Assembly: GCA_029856365.1 (NCBI GenBank)
Contig: JAHQWW010000006.1
Span: 1-64,000 of the forward strand
Source: Candidatus Hodarchaeota archaeon
GTDB taxonomy: Archaea > Asgardarchaeota > Heimdallarchaeia > Hodarchaeales > Hodarchaeaceae
Reading direction: 5' to 3'
Length of the DNA stretch: 64,000 bases
Shown here: positions 52,140-62,540 of the stretch, piece by piece
Layout: the number at the start of each line of letters is the position of its first letter
Position numbering within the stretch: position 1 is the first letter of the stretch
The notes under the pieces: model-generated
The model's input: the letters and a program-made list of their open reading frames with translations, nothing else
Databases searched by the model: none
Told to the model about the DNA's origin: nothing
Position numbers and translations under genes: made by a program

Positions 52140-52634
52140 ATGACGAAATTGTTACACCTATCCAAAGGTTGTAAGTGTATGATTAAGGATGAAAAAAGAA
52201 GATTTTATAACGCTCTTAAAGAGTATAACGGGCAAAAATATTCAGGAATGAAAGTAGGAGGGAAACATGGATGGAATTATAAGGATGGGAAGTGGAATGA
52301 GACGAAAATATCGCCAGATATGTGGAAATTTGTGTTTATTTGTAATAAATATCGAATTCATCAGGCACCAATAAGAACAGGAGCACTGAATAACACAGAA
52401 TTCCTTTGGTATATAATTGCAGATCAAAAGGTTAATAAAATGAACGCAAATACCTATAGAACAGAAATGACTGGTTTAAAATACAAAATAGCACATAAAC
52501 GACCCCATTGGAATCATTGGAGTTATCATTACAAAGGAGAAACATATGAAGATAGGAAAATTAGAGTATTGGAAGAAGTCCTTGAACAGTTGAAAATAAA
52601 GAGAAAAAACAGAGAATTAACAAATTTTTTCTGA
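52140..52634 (+). CDS. Conserved hypothetical protein
   Basis: Trp/Tyr/His-rich YSGMKVGGKHGWNY, WYIIADQ, YKIAHKR. Confidence 0.7.
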   Translation: MTKLLHLSKGCKCMIKDEKRRFYNALKEYNGQKYSGMKVGGKHGWNYKDGKWNETKISPDMWKFVFICNKYRIHQAPIRTGALNNTEFLWYIIADQKVNKMNANTYRTEMTGLKYKIAHKRPHWNHWSYHYKGETYEDRKIRVLEEVLEQLKIKRKNRELTNFF

Positions 52635-52672
52635 AATAAAAAGAGGGAGAATTATTCATTACTCAAGACATT

Positions 52673-53884
52673 TTAGAAGACCTTGAGTCTTTTTCCTACC
52701 TCCTCGAAAGCGCGGAGGCCTTCATTCAGCTGTTCTTTTGTCAATGCTGCATTGGCTTGAACACGAATTCGATCTAGTCCCCGAGGTACCATTGGAAAAA
52801 CAATCGGTAAGGCAAAAATGCTGTATTCGGAATACAATAAATTCGATGCTTCTTTTGCTTTTAAAGGATCTCCAAAAATAATTGGAATAATTGCAGTAGT
52901 TGAAGCACTTGTTATTTCATGATTATAACCCATATTTATTATTTGATCCTTGAAATAATTGATGTTGTCCCATAGTTTTTTAACAAGATTAGGTTCTTCA
53001 TGCTCGATTAGATCAAGGGCCTTGATTGATGCGGCTGCAGTTGCAGGAGGATGACTAGCGGATAATAGGTATGAACGTGTCTTATTTCGACACCAAGTTA
53101 TCAGCTCTTGGGAACCTACTATAGAACCCCCCATGGTTCCAAATGCTTTAGAAAAAGTACCCATCTCAATGTGTACTTTCCCCTGTAATCCATAATGATC
53201 TACAAGACCTTTTCCAGAATAATCTCGACCAAGAACACCATCCCCATGAGCATCATCCACATATATAATTGCATTATTATAAGATTCACAAATTTTATAG
53301 ATATCTCCAAGGGGTGCGTGGTCTCCATCCATTGAAAATACGCCATCAGTAATAACCAGAATCCTTCGGGGATTCTCCTTGGTAAGTTTGGTGAGTTCAT
53401 CTTCAAGAGAAGTCATATCACAATGTTCGTAAACGGCTCTCATTGCTTTAGTAGTTCGTACGCCGTCAATTATTGATCCATGATTTAAACGATCAGATAA
53501 AACAACATCATTTGTAGTAGGAGCAAGCTGTTGTATCACTCCTTGGTTAGCGGCGAATCCTGCGGAAGTGATAAACGCAGCTTCCTGTTCCTTAAACTTA
53601 GCAAGTCTTTTTTCCCATTGTTCATGTAAATCCATGTTTCCTGAAATTGCTCGAACGGAACCAGATCCCACACCATGAGTTCTAATTGCCTCGATAGCTG
53701 CCTCCTTCATTTTAGGATGATTAGATAGCCCAAGATAATTATTTGAACACAACATGATGACTTCTTTTCCCTCTACCTTACATATAGTGTCACTAGGCCC
53801 TTCTAAAACTCGATGTATCCACTCTCGTCCTGCATCTCTAATTTCTCTCATCTCTGTTGTTAAGAAATTCGTACTTCTTTTCAT
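52673..53884 (-). CDS. kbl: Glycine C-acetyltransferase / alpha-oxoamine synthase family PLP enzyme
   Basis: CSNNYLGL, LNHGSIIDG, DGVFSMDG, DDAHG, GTFSKAFG. Confidence 0.85.
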   Translation of the reverse strand: MKRSTNFLTTEMREIRDAGREWIHRVLEGPSDTICKVEGKEVIMLCSNNYLGLSNHPKMKEAAIEAIRTHGVGSGSVRAISGNMDLHEQWEKRLAKFKEQEAAFITSAGFAANQGVIQQLAPTTNDVVLSDRLNHGSIIDGVRTTKAMRAVYEHCDMTSLEDELTKLTKENPRRILVITDGVFSMDGDHAPLGDIYKICESYNNAIIYVDDAHGDGVLGRDYSGKGLVDHYGLQGKVHIEMGTFSKAFGTMGGSIVGSQELITWCRNKTRSYLLSASHPPATAAASIKALDLIEHEEPNLVKKLWDNINYFKDQIINMGYNHEITSASTTAIIPIIFGDPLKAKEASNLLYSEYSIFALPIVFPMVPRGLDRIRVQANAALTKEQLNEGLRAFEEVGKRLKVF

Positions 53885-54409
53885 AGTTGTTTGTCTCCTA
53901 GGATATATTAAGATATAACGATGAGGAATCACAATCCTAAATTATTTTGTGGTTATAAAGATATCTATCGTTCTAGCATAGACAACGTACTTCTGATTTT
54001 AAATCCTCCGTAAGTCATTTTTAAGAAACTTTTATCACTGAAAGCTAGATGAGAAAGGTAATTTTCCTAAAAAGCGGAATTAATTGACAAAACTAATGAG
54101 AATCTTTAGAAACAAATGGATTTAGTTAAAACCAACCAACCAGCTTAGACATCTATATCATATCTCAGAAATTCATGGAATGAGACTGGTTAAATAAACA
54201 TCTCCAAAAATCTTTGTTAAATCAACTTAATGGATGAGTTATGGAATTAAAAAAGAACCTAAGTTTAATTACGATTATTCAATGTTCATTCAATTGAACC
54301 TATATAAGCACCTGAAGACAACAATTTTCACGCAATATTTCTTTGAGAACGTGCGAACCACAGTATTTTTTGTAATAATCTTCAAAGAAGACACGTTTAC
54401 TTCTGGAAA

Positions 54410-55342
54410 TTACAAATTATTGTTGATTTGGGCTCCTAGACTTTCTAATAGTAGTTTTATTACAGTAAAAGCTGTGATTTCAGCCGAATCATAGGTAGGA
54501 TTGTACTCTACTATATCCCAACTAATTATCTGAGTCTTAAGTCCCCGAAATATGCCTGTTAGAAGCCATATTAGCTCTCTTGTTGATATTCCCCCACCCA
54601 CAGGATTTCCAACTCCAGGGGCATAACTTGGATCCAAGACATCCAGATCCACGGAAACATAAACCCGATTAACTTTCTTATCTAATACTTTAGCGATTTC
54701 AAAACCAAACTGAAACAAATCTGATTGATGAATCAACTCATTCGTTGATATTACATTAATATTGTTATTTTGAGCATAAGATAGTTGTTCTTTTGTAAAA
54801 AATCGATACCCTAATACTGTAGCTCCTTGAAACCCTGATATTTCAGAAAGCCTTCTTAAAGTACACGCGTGAGATAGATCTGATTCCATCATCTCATCAT
54901 ATAAGTCAAGATGAGCATCAAGATAAATGACATGTATAGAAAGATCAGCTTCCTCAAATGCTTCTCCAGTCCCTATTGTTAGGCTATGATCACCACCAAA
55001 TAATAAAAATGGATGTTCATTTAGAATTAAATCAAGAACTCCCTCAGAGATTAATTGTAGACTCTTACGTAAATTTGTAGGAATTACTCCGATATTTCCC
55101 CAATCTTGAATTTTATAAAAATCTTTGAGAATGACACCACCCTCTGTTACACACTCAAAATTCTCTGAACGGAGAATTTGACGAAAAGAATCTGGACCAT
55201 ACCGCGCTCCATTTCTATAAGAGGAGGATATATCCAAAGGAATCCCTAAAAAGTGATAGTTTGGTTTGAAATCTGTCCATTCACGCTTAAGAATTCCACA
55301 CAGCATTTCAGGTTCATAGCATGCAAATTTTAAATTTTTCAC
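54410..55342 (-). CDS. speB: Agmatinase
   Basis: GGDHS, DAHLD, SHAC, DLDVLDP..APGVG. Confidence 0.9.
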   Translation of the reverse strand: MKNLKFACYEPEMLCGILKREWTDFKPNYHFLGIPLDISSSYRNGARYGPDSFRQILRSENFECVTEGGVILKDFYKIQDWGNIGVIPTNLRKSLQLISEGVLDLILNEHPFLLFGGDHSLTIGTGEAFEEADLSIHVIYLDAHLDLYDEMMESDLSHACTLRRLSEISGFQGATVLGYRFFTKEQLSYAQNNNINVISTNELIHQSDLFQFGFEIAKVLDKKVNRVYVSVDLDVLDPSYAPGVGNPVGGGISTRELIWLLTGIFRGLKTQIISWDIVEYNPTYDSAEITAFTVIKLLLESLGAQINNNL

Positions 55343-55534
55343 GGCCTTTCACGACTTAATTATCAAACTTCGGAGATGAATGCTATTGAATAAAGGTTTT
55401 TCAGACTATCTAGAAACAACCAAATTAAAGGTTTAATACTCCTTTGGAAAAGAGAATGATCTAAGTAACTTACAAGTGGAAAATAATTGCATCTATATGT
55501 ATATTGACCATAGATAGCAAAGAGTTCGATACAT

Positions 55535-56458
55535 ATGAAGTTTAGTCGCATGAAACAAGTAGATATTCGTCCAAACATGACAACTATTGAACTATTATCA
55601 GCTATGAAAAATGGTGGTTTTACATGTCGTAAAGTTGCTTTAGCAACAGAGTTATTAGAACAAATGATCCAGGATAATGGATGTACTGTTTTTCTAGGGC
55701 TTGCAGGAGCTTTAATTCCAGGAGGTATGAGAAATATCCTTCGGATAATGATTGAAAAAAACATGGTGAACTGTATAGTTACAACAGGAGCAAATATCAG
55801 TCATGATCTGTTGGAAACATCTGGAGGTTCTCACTATCATGGTTCAGAACACTTAAATGATGATAAACTAAATGAAATGCAGATGAGTAGAATATATAGT
55901 ACACTAATCCCCTACGAGTCATTTGTTAAGTTTGAAACTTTGGCCCAGAAAATTCTCAAAAACATTACTGATCAAAGAATGAGTAGTCAACAATTTCTAT
56001 TTGAGCTTGGGCGATATATAGATGATCCAAAGTCAATAGTAAGAGCAGCTTTTCTAAAAAAAGTCCCGATTTTTTCCCCCTCATTTGCAGACAGTATGCT
56101 CGGAGTTCAAACTTGGCTTTTTTCTCAAACAACTCCATTTTACATTGATGTTCTAAAAGACCACTCAGAATTTACTAAGATTGTTTATGAAACAGAACGT
56201 ATGGGGGCCTTATTCCTAGGTGGAGGAGTTCCTAAGCACTTCATTATGAATGGTTCTCAGTTACACGATGGATTATCGTATGCAATTCAAATTACTATGG
56301 ATCGCCCTGAACATGGTGGCGTTAGTGGAGCGAGTGTGAAAGAGGCAATATCTTGGGGAAAAGTAGCGTCTGAAGCAAAATGGATCGATGTCACTTCTGA
56401 CATCACTCTAGTTTTACCATTAATGATCTCTGGAGTTTTGTCTCGGCTTCAAGATTAA
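55535..56458 (+). CDS. dys: Deoxyhypusine synthase
   Basis: TTGANISHD, GGGVPKH, GGVSGA..EAISWGK. Confidence 0.93.
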   Translation: MKFSRMKQVDIRPNMTTIELLSAMKNGGFTCRKVALATELLEQMIQDNGCTVFLGLAGALIPGGMRNILRIMIEKNMVNCIVTTGANISHDLLETSGGSHYHGSEHLNDDKLNEMQMSRIYSTLIPYESFVKFETLAQKILKNITDQRMSSQQFLFELGRYIDDPKSIVRAAFLKKVPIFSPSFADSMLGVQTWLFSQTTPFYIDVLKDHSEFTKIVYETERMGALFLGGGVPKHFIMNGSQLHDGLSYAIQITMDRPEHGGVSGASVKEAISWGKVASEAKWIDVTSDITLVLPLMISGVLSRLQD

Positions 56459-56473
56459 TGGAACGAATGATTC

Positions 56474-57889
56474 ATGTTACAAACCTGGCACGTCGGAATA
56501 GACGACACTGATTCTCAGAGCGGTATGTGTACGACCTTCTTAGGTACTATTATAGTCGATTTCTTACTCAAACACTCCCTAGAATTTCTCGATTTTCCCA
56601 AATTAATACGACTGAATCCCAACATTCCCTATAAAACAAGAGGAAATGGAGCTGTGGCTATTACATTCATGGCATATGAAGAAATCATTGATAGTCTTTG
56701 GAAAGGAATTGTTGGTTTAGTAAAAGAAAATGCTGACATTAATGATCCGCACACTGATCCAGGTCTTATACTTATTAAAGGAGAAATTCCTTCCGCTTTC
56801 CAAGAATTATATTGGGAGGCATTATATCAAGTAATTCCTTTAAATTTTGTAAAACAGCTGCTTAAGAAACACACATCGGAAAAGCATTTCTATGTAAAGG
56901 AAGGAAGAGGCCTGATCGGTGCCGCAGCCGCCATTGGGGCGATACTCTCGCAGGATTATACTTATGAATTCATTGCTTATCGGAACCCGGAAGAAAAGAA
57001 ATCTGAACGCTTAATAGACCCCATATCTGTCATAAACGCTGATAAAAAAACTCTATTGACCTTCAATAATTATGATTATGAGCACAAGCAAGTAATGATC
57101 AGCCCTCACGGGCCTGATCCCGTTTTTTGTGGAATTAGAGGTGAAACCTCAAGTGCTGTCATCCGAATGTGGGAATTAATTGATATTTTAGAACCGATAC
57201 AAACAACTATGGTTTTTCGAACCAATCAACATACACAGGTACATTTCCCTAAAAAATTCCTGGGACATGAACTTAAACCATACCTTTCTGTAAAAGTAAG
57301 GGGAATCGTGGCAAAGAAACCGTATAACTACCCTGGTGGTCATGTCATCTTTACAATTAAATCAGGTAACGTTTCAATCGATTGTGCAGCATACGAACCT
57401 ACGAAAAGATTTCGTAAAATCATTAGAGAACTAATCGAAGGAGATGAAGTTCTAGTTTTTGGAGGAGTTCGACCTGCATCTTCAAAAAACCCAGTTACTA
57501 TAAATATCGAAGAGGTTCAAATTATCAAGTTAATTTCTATCCAAGAAAAAGTTACTCCGAAATGTCCTATCTGTGGAGCTTCTCTTACTTCTGCAGGGAG
57601 AAACCAAGGATTGAAATGTAAAAAATGCTCATTTACATCTCCAAAGAAAAAATACATCTGTCAACAGAAAAGTCGAAAACTTCGAACTGGGGTAAGATAT
57701 GTAATCCCTGTTTGTGCTCAAAGACACTTAACTAAACCAGTTACCAGGAATCTTCCCTTACAATTTCATCTTTCACCTGAAATAGATTTCAAGTATGCTT
57801 TTTATGACTTCTTGAAAAAAAGAACAATATTAAACAATCATGATATCAATAGAAGAGAAACTTACACTTACATGAAAAATAAAAAATAA
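56474..57889 (+). CDS. tiaS: tRNA(Ile2) agmatinylcytidine synthase
   Basis: GIDDTDS..GMCTT, RLNPNIPYKTRGNGA, TNQHT, AYEPT, Zn ribbon. Confidence 0.95.
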   Translation: MLQTWHVGIDDTDSQSGMCTTFLGTIIVDFLLKHSLEFLDFPKLIRLNPNIPYKTRGNGAVAITFMAYEEIIDSLWKGIVGLVKENADINDPHTDPGLILIKGEIPSAFQELYWEALYQVIPLNFVKQLLKKHTSEKHFYVKEGRGLIGAAAAIGAILSQDYTYEFIAYRNPEEKKSERLIDPISVINADKKTLLTFNNYDYEHKQVMISPHGPDPVFCGIRGETSSAVIRMWELIDILEPIQTTMVFRTNQHTQVHFPKKFLGHELKPYLSVKVRGIVAKKPYNYPGGHVIFTIKSGNVSIDCAAYEPTKRFRKIIRELIEGDEVLVFGGVRPASSKNPVTINIEEVQIIKLISIQEKVTPKCPICGASLTSAGRNQGLKCKKCSFTSPKKKYICQQKSRKLRTGVRYVIPVCAQRHLTKPVTRNLPLQFHLSPEIDFKYAFYDFLKKRTILNNHDINRRETYTYMKNKK

Positions 57890-57968
57890 ACTAAAAAAAG
57901 GAAGTCTCGGAAAGATTTGAATATATAGTCCTTAAAAATGGCACAAGGTACGAACAAAGGTAAAAAAC

Positions 57969-59246
57969 ATGTACATTCTCCAAGATATATTCGATGGCGT
58001 TCTTAATCTATTCACAATGCCTATGACTGTTCTGCAAGATATAACTGATGTCATTCCAACCCAACCTCCTCTATCATCGATATTTATTCTTATTGTTGCA
58101 TTCTTTGTATCATTAGCGTCTACTTTGGTTTCTAGAAAAATGATTGATGTTGATAAATTAAGAAGGCTTACAAGAGAAACAAAAAAGTATCAAAAATTAC
58201 GTATGCAAATGCTAAAAACAGCTGATAGTAAATTAAAGTTAAAATATGAGAGAAATGCTGACAGGATGCGAAAAGTACAATCCGAACTTACAATGATGAA
58301 CTTGAAACCATTAATGATCATGTTTCTTCCAATGATAATTTTTTTCATTGTTCTCTCTGGTTTCTATAGCTTCCACACAGGTATCACTTATATTGCTTAT
58401 GCAGAGGCTACTGATGGTGATTCTGTAACTACAATGCTGATAAATAAGCCACCAGGGACAATTAAAGATGATTTAATGATTGCTTTAATGGTTAGCACAA
58501 TTGGTTCCGATAACAATGGCACCTCAATAAGCTCAACTCCCTCTGGCTGGACAAATGAGCATGAGTATATACATAATGCAATTAGCGGTCAGCATGTTTA
58601 TATTTATTGGAAAATTGCAGGTGATTCTGAACCTTCAAATTATACATGGACTTGGACAGATAACTGTAGTTGGATAGGTCAGATTAATACTTTTAGGAAT
58701 GTAAATACTACCTCTCCAATCCATATCAAGGGAGCTGTTCAACAAAAAACGGAAGAACCTTGTGTATCTCCAAGTGTAAAAACATCACAGGATAAATGTA
58801 TGATTTGGCTTTATGCGATAGCTAATAGTGCTGATGTTGAGGATGACAATGTTCCAAGTAAAACAAAAATGATAAAGGGAACAGAAAGAGCTGATCCAGA
58901 AAACGGTATTATTGTCGAAACAGCGTATTTCGTACATAATTCTGCTGGAGATACAGAAGCCAAAGAATGGACTGACTGGCTTAATCAAGATGTGGAAAAT
59001 AGTGGTCAGCAGTACGCTTTGAATCCAGCTTATAAGGGGAAAATGGTGTCAGGAAATGTCCCTGCTATAATACCCTTTGATCCAACCTTCGGACTTGAAA
59101 CCCTTTGGATTTTCCAAATAGGAAAGAATGCAGAGCTTCCTGGATGGGGACAAGTCTTTATACCCAATTATATCTGGTGGTATTTTGGTGGTAGCTTAGC
59201 ATTTGGATCAATTTTACGAAAAATTTCAGGACTACAACCTGATTGA
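57969..59246 (+). CDS. DUF106 (EMC3/TMCO1/Get1, Oxa1 superfamily) protein with large inserted domain
   Basis: TM1, coiled coil, MMNLKPLMIMFLP TM2, WWYF...F..ILRK TM3; adjacent to rpl34e; ~220-aa insert before TM3. Confidence 0.85.
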   Translation: MYILQDIFDGVLNLFTMPMTVLQDITDVIPTQPPLSSIFILIVAFFVSLASTLVSRKMIDVDKLRRLTRETKKYQKLRMQMLKTADSKLKLKYERNADRMRKVQSELTMMNLKPLMIMFLPMIIFFIVLSGFYSFHTGITYIAYAEATDGDSVTTMLINKPPGTIKDDLMIALMVSTIGSDNNGTSISSTPSGWTNEHEYIHNAISGQHVYIYWKIAGDSEPSNYTWTWTDNCSWIGQINTFRNVNTTSPIHIKGAVQQKTEEPCVSPSVKTSQDKCMIWLYAIANSADVEDDNVPSKTKMIKGTERADPENGIIVETAYFVHNSAGDTEAKEWTDWLNQDVENSGQQYALNPAYKGKMVSGNVPAIIPFDPTFGLETLWIFQIGKNAELPGWGQVFIPNYIWWYFGGSLAFGSILRKISGLQPD

Positions 59247-59497
59247 GACCAAATCAAGGTTTTAGGTGTTCAATTAAAATGACTAAGAATGTTAGAAAGA
59301 AAAAAAGTCCAGGGGGACGAATACTAGTACATAAAGCCAAAAGAAGAACTCAAAAGTCGCATTGTAGAATTTGTGGTACGGTAGTACAAACAAACACATT
59401 GAAAGACTCTAAAAGTGGAAGACATGCTGATCGACCATATGGAGGAGAGATTTGTCACGCCTGTCTAAGAACTACTATTCAGGCACTTAATTTATAA
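59243..59497 (+). CDS. rpl34e: 50S ribosomal protein eL34
   Basis: SPGGR, CRICG, RPYGGEICHACL. Confidence 0.9.
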   Translation: MRPNQGFRCSIKMTKNVRKKKSPGGRILVHKAKRRTQKSHCRICGTVVQTNTLKDSKSGRHADRPYGGEICHACLRTTIQALNL

Positions 59498-59557
59498 CAA
59501 CTCCTGAATTAAACGATAATTATTCTTGATTTATGACAATTAAAGAAGGCAAAAAAT

Positions 59558-59968
59558 ATGAGTCCTCGAAGTAAGAAAAGAAAGAAGAAGATTTCATGTA
59601 AAAAATGTGGCTATGTTCTAAATCCCATTGAAACTCCTCCAGAAAAAACATGGCAGTTAATTAGTCCAATGCCAGATAAGGATGGTCGAGTTACTTTAAC
59701 CATAATGGGATCATTTCACTGTCCAACATGTAATGCTTCTGTTCGTGCTTCTTTAAAGAAAATTCGTGGAGACGAAATCGGTTCAGGAAAATCGAAGAAA
59801 GAATTACTAATTCAAGCAGTTAACCTTGTCGAAGAAGCTACTGATATTGACCAAATCGAAATCGCAGGTATATCAGCTGCTGCTGTTGGTAAAGCCATTG
59901 AAACCCTGATAAATCAGGGTGAGCTTAAAGGACGAGTGGAGAACGGAATTTTCTATCCCCAGAGATGA
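59558..59968 (+). CDS. Zn-ribbon Cren7-like protein with C-terminal winged-helix-like segment
   Basis: CKKC..PEKTWQLISP...TIMGSFHCPTC; LINQGELKGRVENG. Confidence 0.55.
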   Translation: MSPRSKKRKKKISCKKCGYVLNPIETPPEKTWQLISPMPDKDGRVTLTIMGSFHCPTCNASVRASLKKIRGDEIGSGKSKKELLIQAVNLVEEATDIDQIEIAGISAAAVGKAIETLINQGELKGRVENGIFYPQR

Positions 59969-59972
59969 TTCA

Positions 59973-61172
59973 TTAAATCTTATTTTTTGTTATCTCTCGG
60001 ATGACAATGGTGCCATAGGATCCTTTAGGTATACTAAATGTAACTTTAATCCCTTTCTCTTCAATATCCATTGGAAAATAATTGAAATTGTTCGGGAAGA
60101 TAATAGCTCTTCTTGAGGATCCTTTTGAACGCAAGTTTGGTTGCTCATGTCTAAAACTGTGTAAATCTAAGGAGTCTTTCTCTAATAAAGCTGTTAAGTT
60201 ATCCCATATTTCATCACTAACTTGTTCTTGAATAGTCCGATATCCTGGTAAAGGAATTGCAATGTCACTAGCAAGGGGAACACAGGTCTTGTTAAGATGA
60301 CTTAAAACTCTATTAAAAAGATAAGACTGGTAAGCAGAAATTGCTAACTTCAGAAACGACTTAGGTAAATTCAACATGATGCTTTTAGCTGAATGATGTC
60401 TTATTAGTCCCCTTAACAACATCCTTTCAATATGATATGAATATGGGAATTCGAATCTTAACTTATTGTAAGAATGAGTTTCATGATATTTCTGTCGTAA
60501 TTTTGTAATCCGCTCATTCTCCAAGGGGCTTATTTCACCTAAATATTTAGTAACTGCATCGGAATACTTCTCCTGTAGAAGAAGTTTTCCTATTAAATGG
60601 AGAATGGGTCGTCTTGCTCCAAATCGTTGAGGTCCATAAAAGTTTAGGACTCCTTTTAATTCTAGATGAACTTTAAAGTGTTCCCATTCTTCATTGTTCC
60701 ACTTCTGATGATTGTTGCGAATTATGATTTCGAAAAAGTTCCCTAGCAAATCACCTATTTTAACAGCGAATTTCTGACGTATAGGATAAAATATCTTAAT
60801 ATTTGGTAAATTTGTAGTGTAAATCCGCTTTTTATCAATGTTCCAAATTGAAATTCTCTGATAGGTTTCAGCAGCAGCATCCTTCAAACCTGCAAAACCA
60901 AAATCCTTTTCTGCGATCTTCCAGCTACTACTTAGCTTTCTTATTGCACTATAAGTGTCAAGGCCTGTTTTCCAGAGAACACAATGAATGAACATCCCTC
61001 CTAAATTATCACCGATTTCTGATCCATCGAAAATAGGTTTTCCACTTGGAGGTATTTCTCGAACTATGAAGTCTTTATTTCGCTGCTTTATTATACCCCC
61101 TATACCCGTAAATTGTGGTGTACTATAACCATGAACTCCAATATTGGACTCAATTGAATAATCTTTCAACAT
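59973..61172 (-). CDS. truD: tRNA pseudouridine(13) synthase TruD/Pus7
   Basis: DFIVRE, FAGLKD, GDLLGNFF, NFYGPQRFG, SAYQSYLFN, KGSYGT. Confidence 0.94.
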   Translation of the reverse strand: MLKDYSIESNIGVHGYSTPQFTGIGGIIKQRNKDFIVREIPPSGKPIFDGSEIGDNLGGMFIHCVLWKTGLDTYSAIRKLSSSWKIAEKDFGFAGLKDAAAETYQRISIWNIDKKRIYTTNLPNIKIFYPIRQKFAVKIGDLLGNFFEIIIRNNHQKWNNEEWEHFKVHLELKGVLNFYGPQRFGARRPILHLIGKLLLQEKYSDAVTKYLGEISPLENERITKLRQKYHETHSYNKLRFEFPYSYHIERMLLRGLIRHHSAKSIMLNLPKSFLKLAISAYQSYLFNRVLSHLNKTCVPLASDIAIPLPGYRTIQEQVSDEIWDNLTALLEKDSLDLHSFRHEQPNLRSKGSSRRAIIFPNNFNYFPMDIEEKGIKVTFSIPKGSYGTIVIREITKNKI

Positions 61173-61174
61173 AA

Positions 61175-61648
61175 CTACTCAAAAAATTTATCGTATTTTC
61201 CTGCATTAATGGCTTCAATTATTGTTTTTGGATCCTCATCATCTATGGTTAAACCCATTGATATACACGTCCCCACAACCTCTTTCACTGCAGATTGCAA
61301 ATTAATAGCTAGCATGGATTCCTGTTTCATCTGAGCAACTTTAATGCATTGAGCAAAATTGAGATTTCCCACTTTCTCACTATTCGGAGTACCACTTCCT
61401 TTCTCTACTCCCGCTTCCCTTAAAAGTAAAGACGATGTAGGAGGAACACCGACAACTATTGTAAAGTTCCGTGAATCATCCACTTCAACTTTAACGGGGA
61501 CTTTCATCCCTGTAAAGCCTTGGGTTTTTTTATTAATTTCATCAATGACAGCTTTGATATTTACACCTAAAGGCCCTAATTGAGGCCCTAGGGGCGGACC
61601 AGGTGTTGCTTGGCCTGCATCAACTAATGCTTCAATGGTCTTGGACAT
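61175..61648 (-). CDS. rpl11: 50S ribosomal protein uL11
   Basis: GQATPGPPLGP, GMKVPVKV, GTCISMG. Confidence 0.97.
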   Translation of the reverse strand: MSKTIEALVDAGQATPGPPLGPQLGPLGVNIKAVIDEINKKTQGFTGMKVPVKVEVDDSRNFTIVVGVPPTSSLLLREAGVEKGSGTPNSEKVGNLNFAQCIKVAQMKQESMLAINLQSAVKEVVGTCISMGLTIDDEDPKTIIEAINAGKYDKFFE

Positions 61649-61868
61649 TATTTTCACCTGAATGAATGAGAAATAACTTCTATGTTCTAATTCTCACTAA
61701 TAATCCAGTAATTAACGATTTTAGAGTGAAAAATTAAATTTTTTGATACCTCTTCACCATCTCTATCTTTACGGTTTCTCAAAACACACAAAAAACTTTA
61801 CTAGAAAACCTTGTAATAGATTAAAAACATCAAAGAAGCCTAAATTACAATTCAAAAGGGAATATTTC

Positions 61869-62528
61869 ATGTCATATACACCAAATCAACTGGAAGAAGC
61901 AATATCTGGAGCCAAAGTTAAAAGTATTGAAAGAAAACAAAGAAAATTTATTGAAACCGTTGAAATGTCCATTGGCCTTCGTGATATTGATTTAAAGAAT
62001 CCTGCAAATAGAATCAACTTAGAAACCTTAGTTCCAAATGATTTGGGAGGCAAATCTAGTGTTGCCATCTTTGCTGAAGGTGATCTTGCCGTCAAATCAA
62101 AAGAAGCTGGATTAACGACTTTGAGCCGCCAGGAAATCGAGAGACTAGCTAAAGAACCAAAGAATGCAAAAAAGCTAGCTAATGAATTCTCATTCTTTCT
62201 CGCAGAGCCGCAGTTAATGCCTATTGTAGCCAAATTTCTTGGAAAAACTCTGGGACCAAGAGGAAAGATGCCTAAACCAATTTCAGCTCGAATTGAAATT
62301 GATAAATTTGTGGAAAGATACGAACGTACAGTGAAGCTGAGATTAAAATCAACCCCTGTAATCAATACAAAGATTGGAAAAGCCAATCAGGCTAATAAAG
62401 ACTTAGCGGATAATGCAAGTTCAATTTTACAAACATTAACTACAAAACTTCCAAAAGGAGCTGCACAAATTAAATCAGTGAGCTTTAAAACCACAATGGG
62501 GCCCTCCGAGAAAATTAAGGGGAAATAA
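61869..62528 (+). CDS. rpl1: 50S ribosomal protein uL1
   Basis: RKFIETVE, LGPRGKMP, KTTMGP; ATG 61869 preferred. Confidence 0.96.
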   Translation: MSYTPNQLEEAISGAKVKSIERKQRKFIETVEMSIGLRDIDLKNPANRINLETLVPNDLGGKSSVAIFAEGDLAVKSKEAGLTTLSRQEIERLAKEPKNAKKLANEFSFFLAEPQLMPIVAKFLGKTLGPRGKMPKPISARIEIDKFVERYERTVKLRLKSTPVINTKIGKANQANKDLADNASSILQTLTTKLPKGAAQIKSVSFKTTMGPSEKIKGK

Positions 62529-62540
62529 GGAGATTAATAG

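Noticed and set aside
61886-62386. 166-aa antisense ORF, and the other short ORFs overlapping identified genes
   Set aside because: Shadow frames of well-supported genes with no motifs
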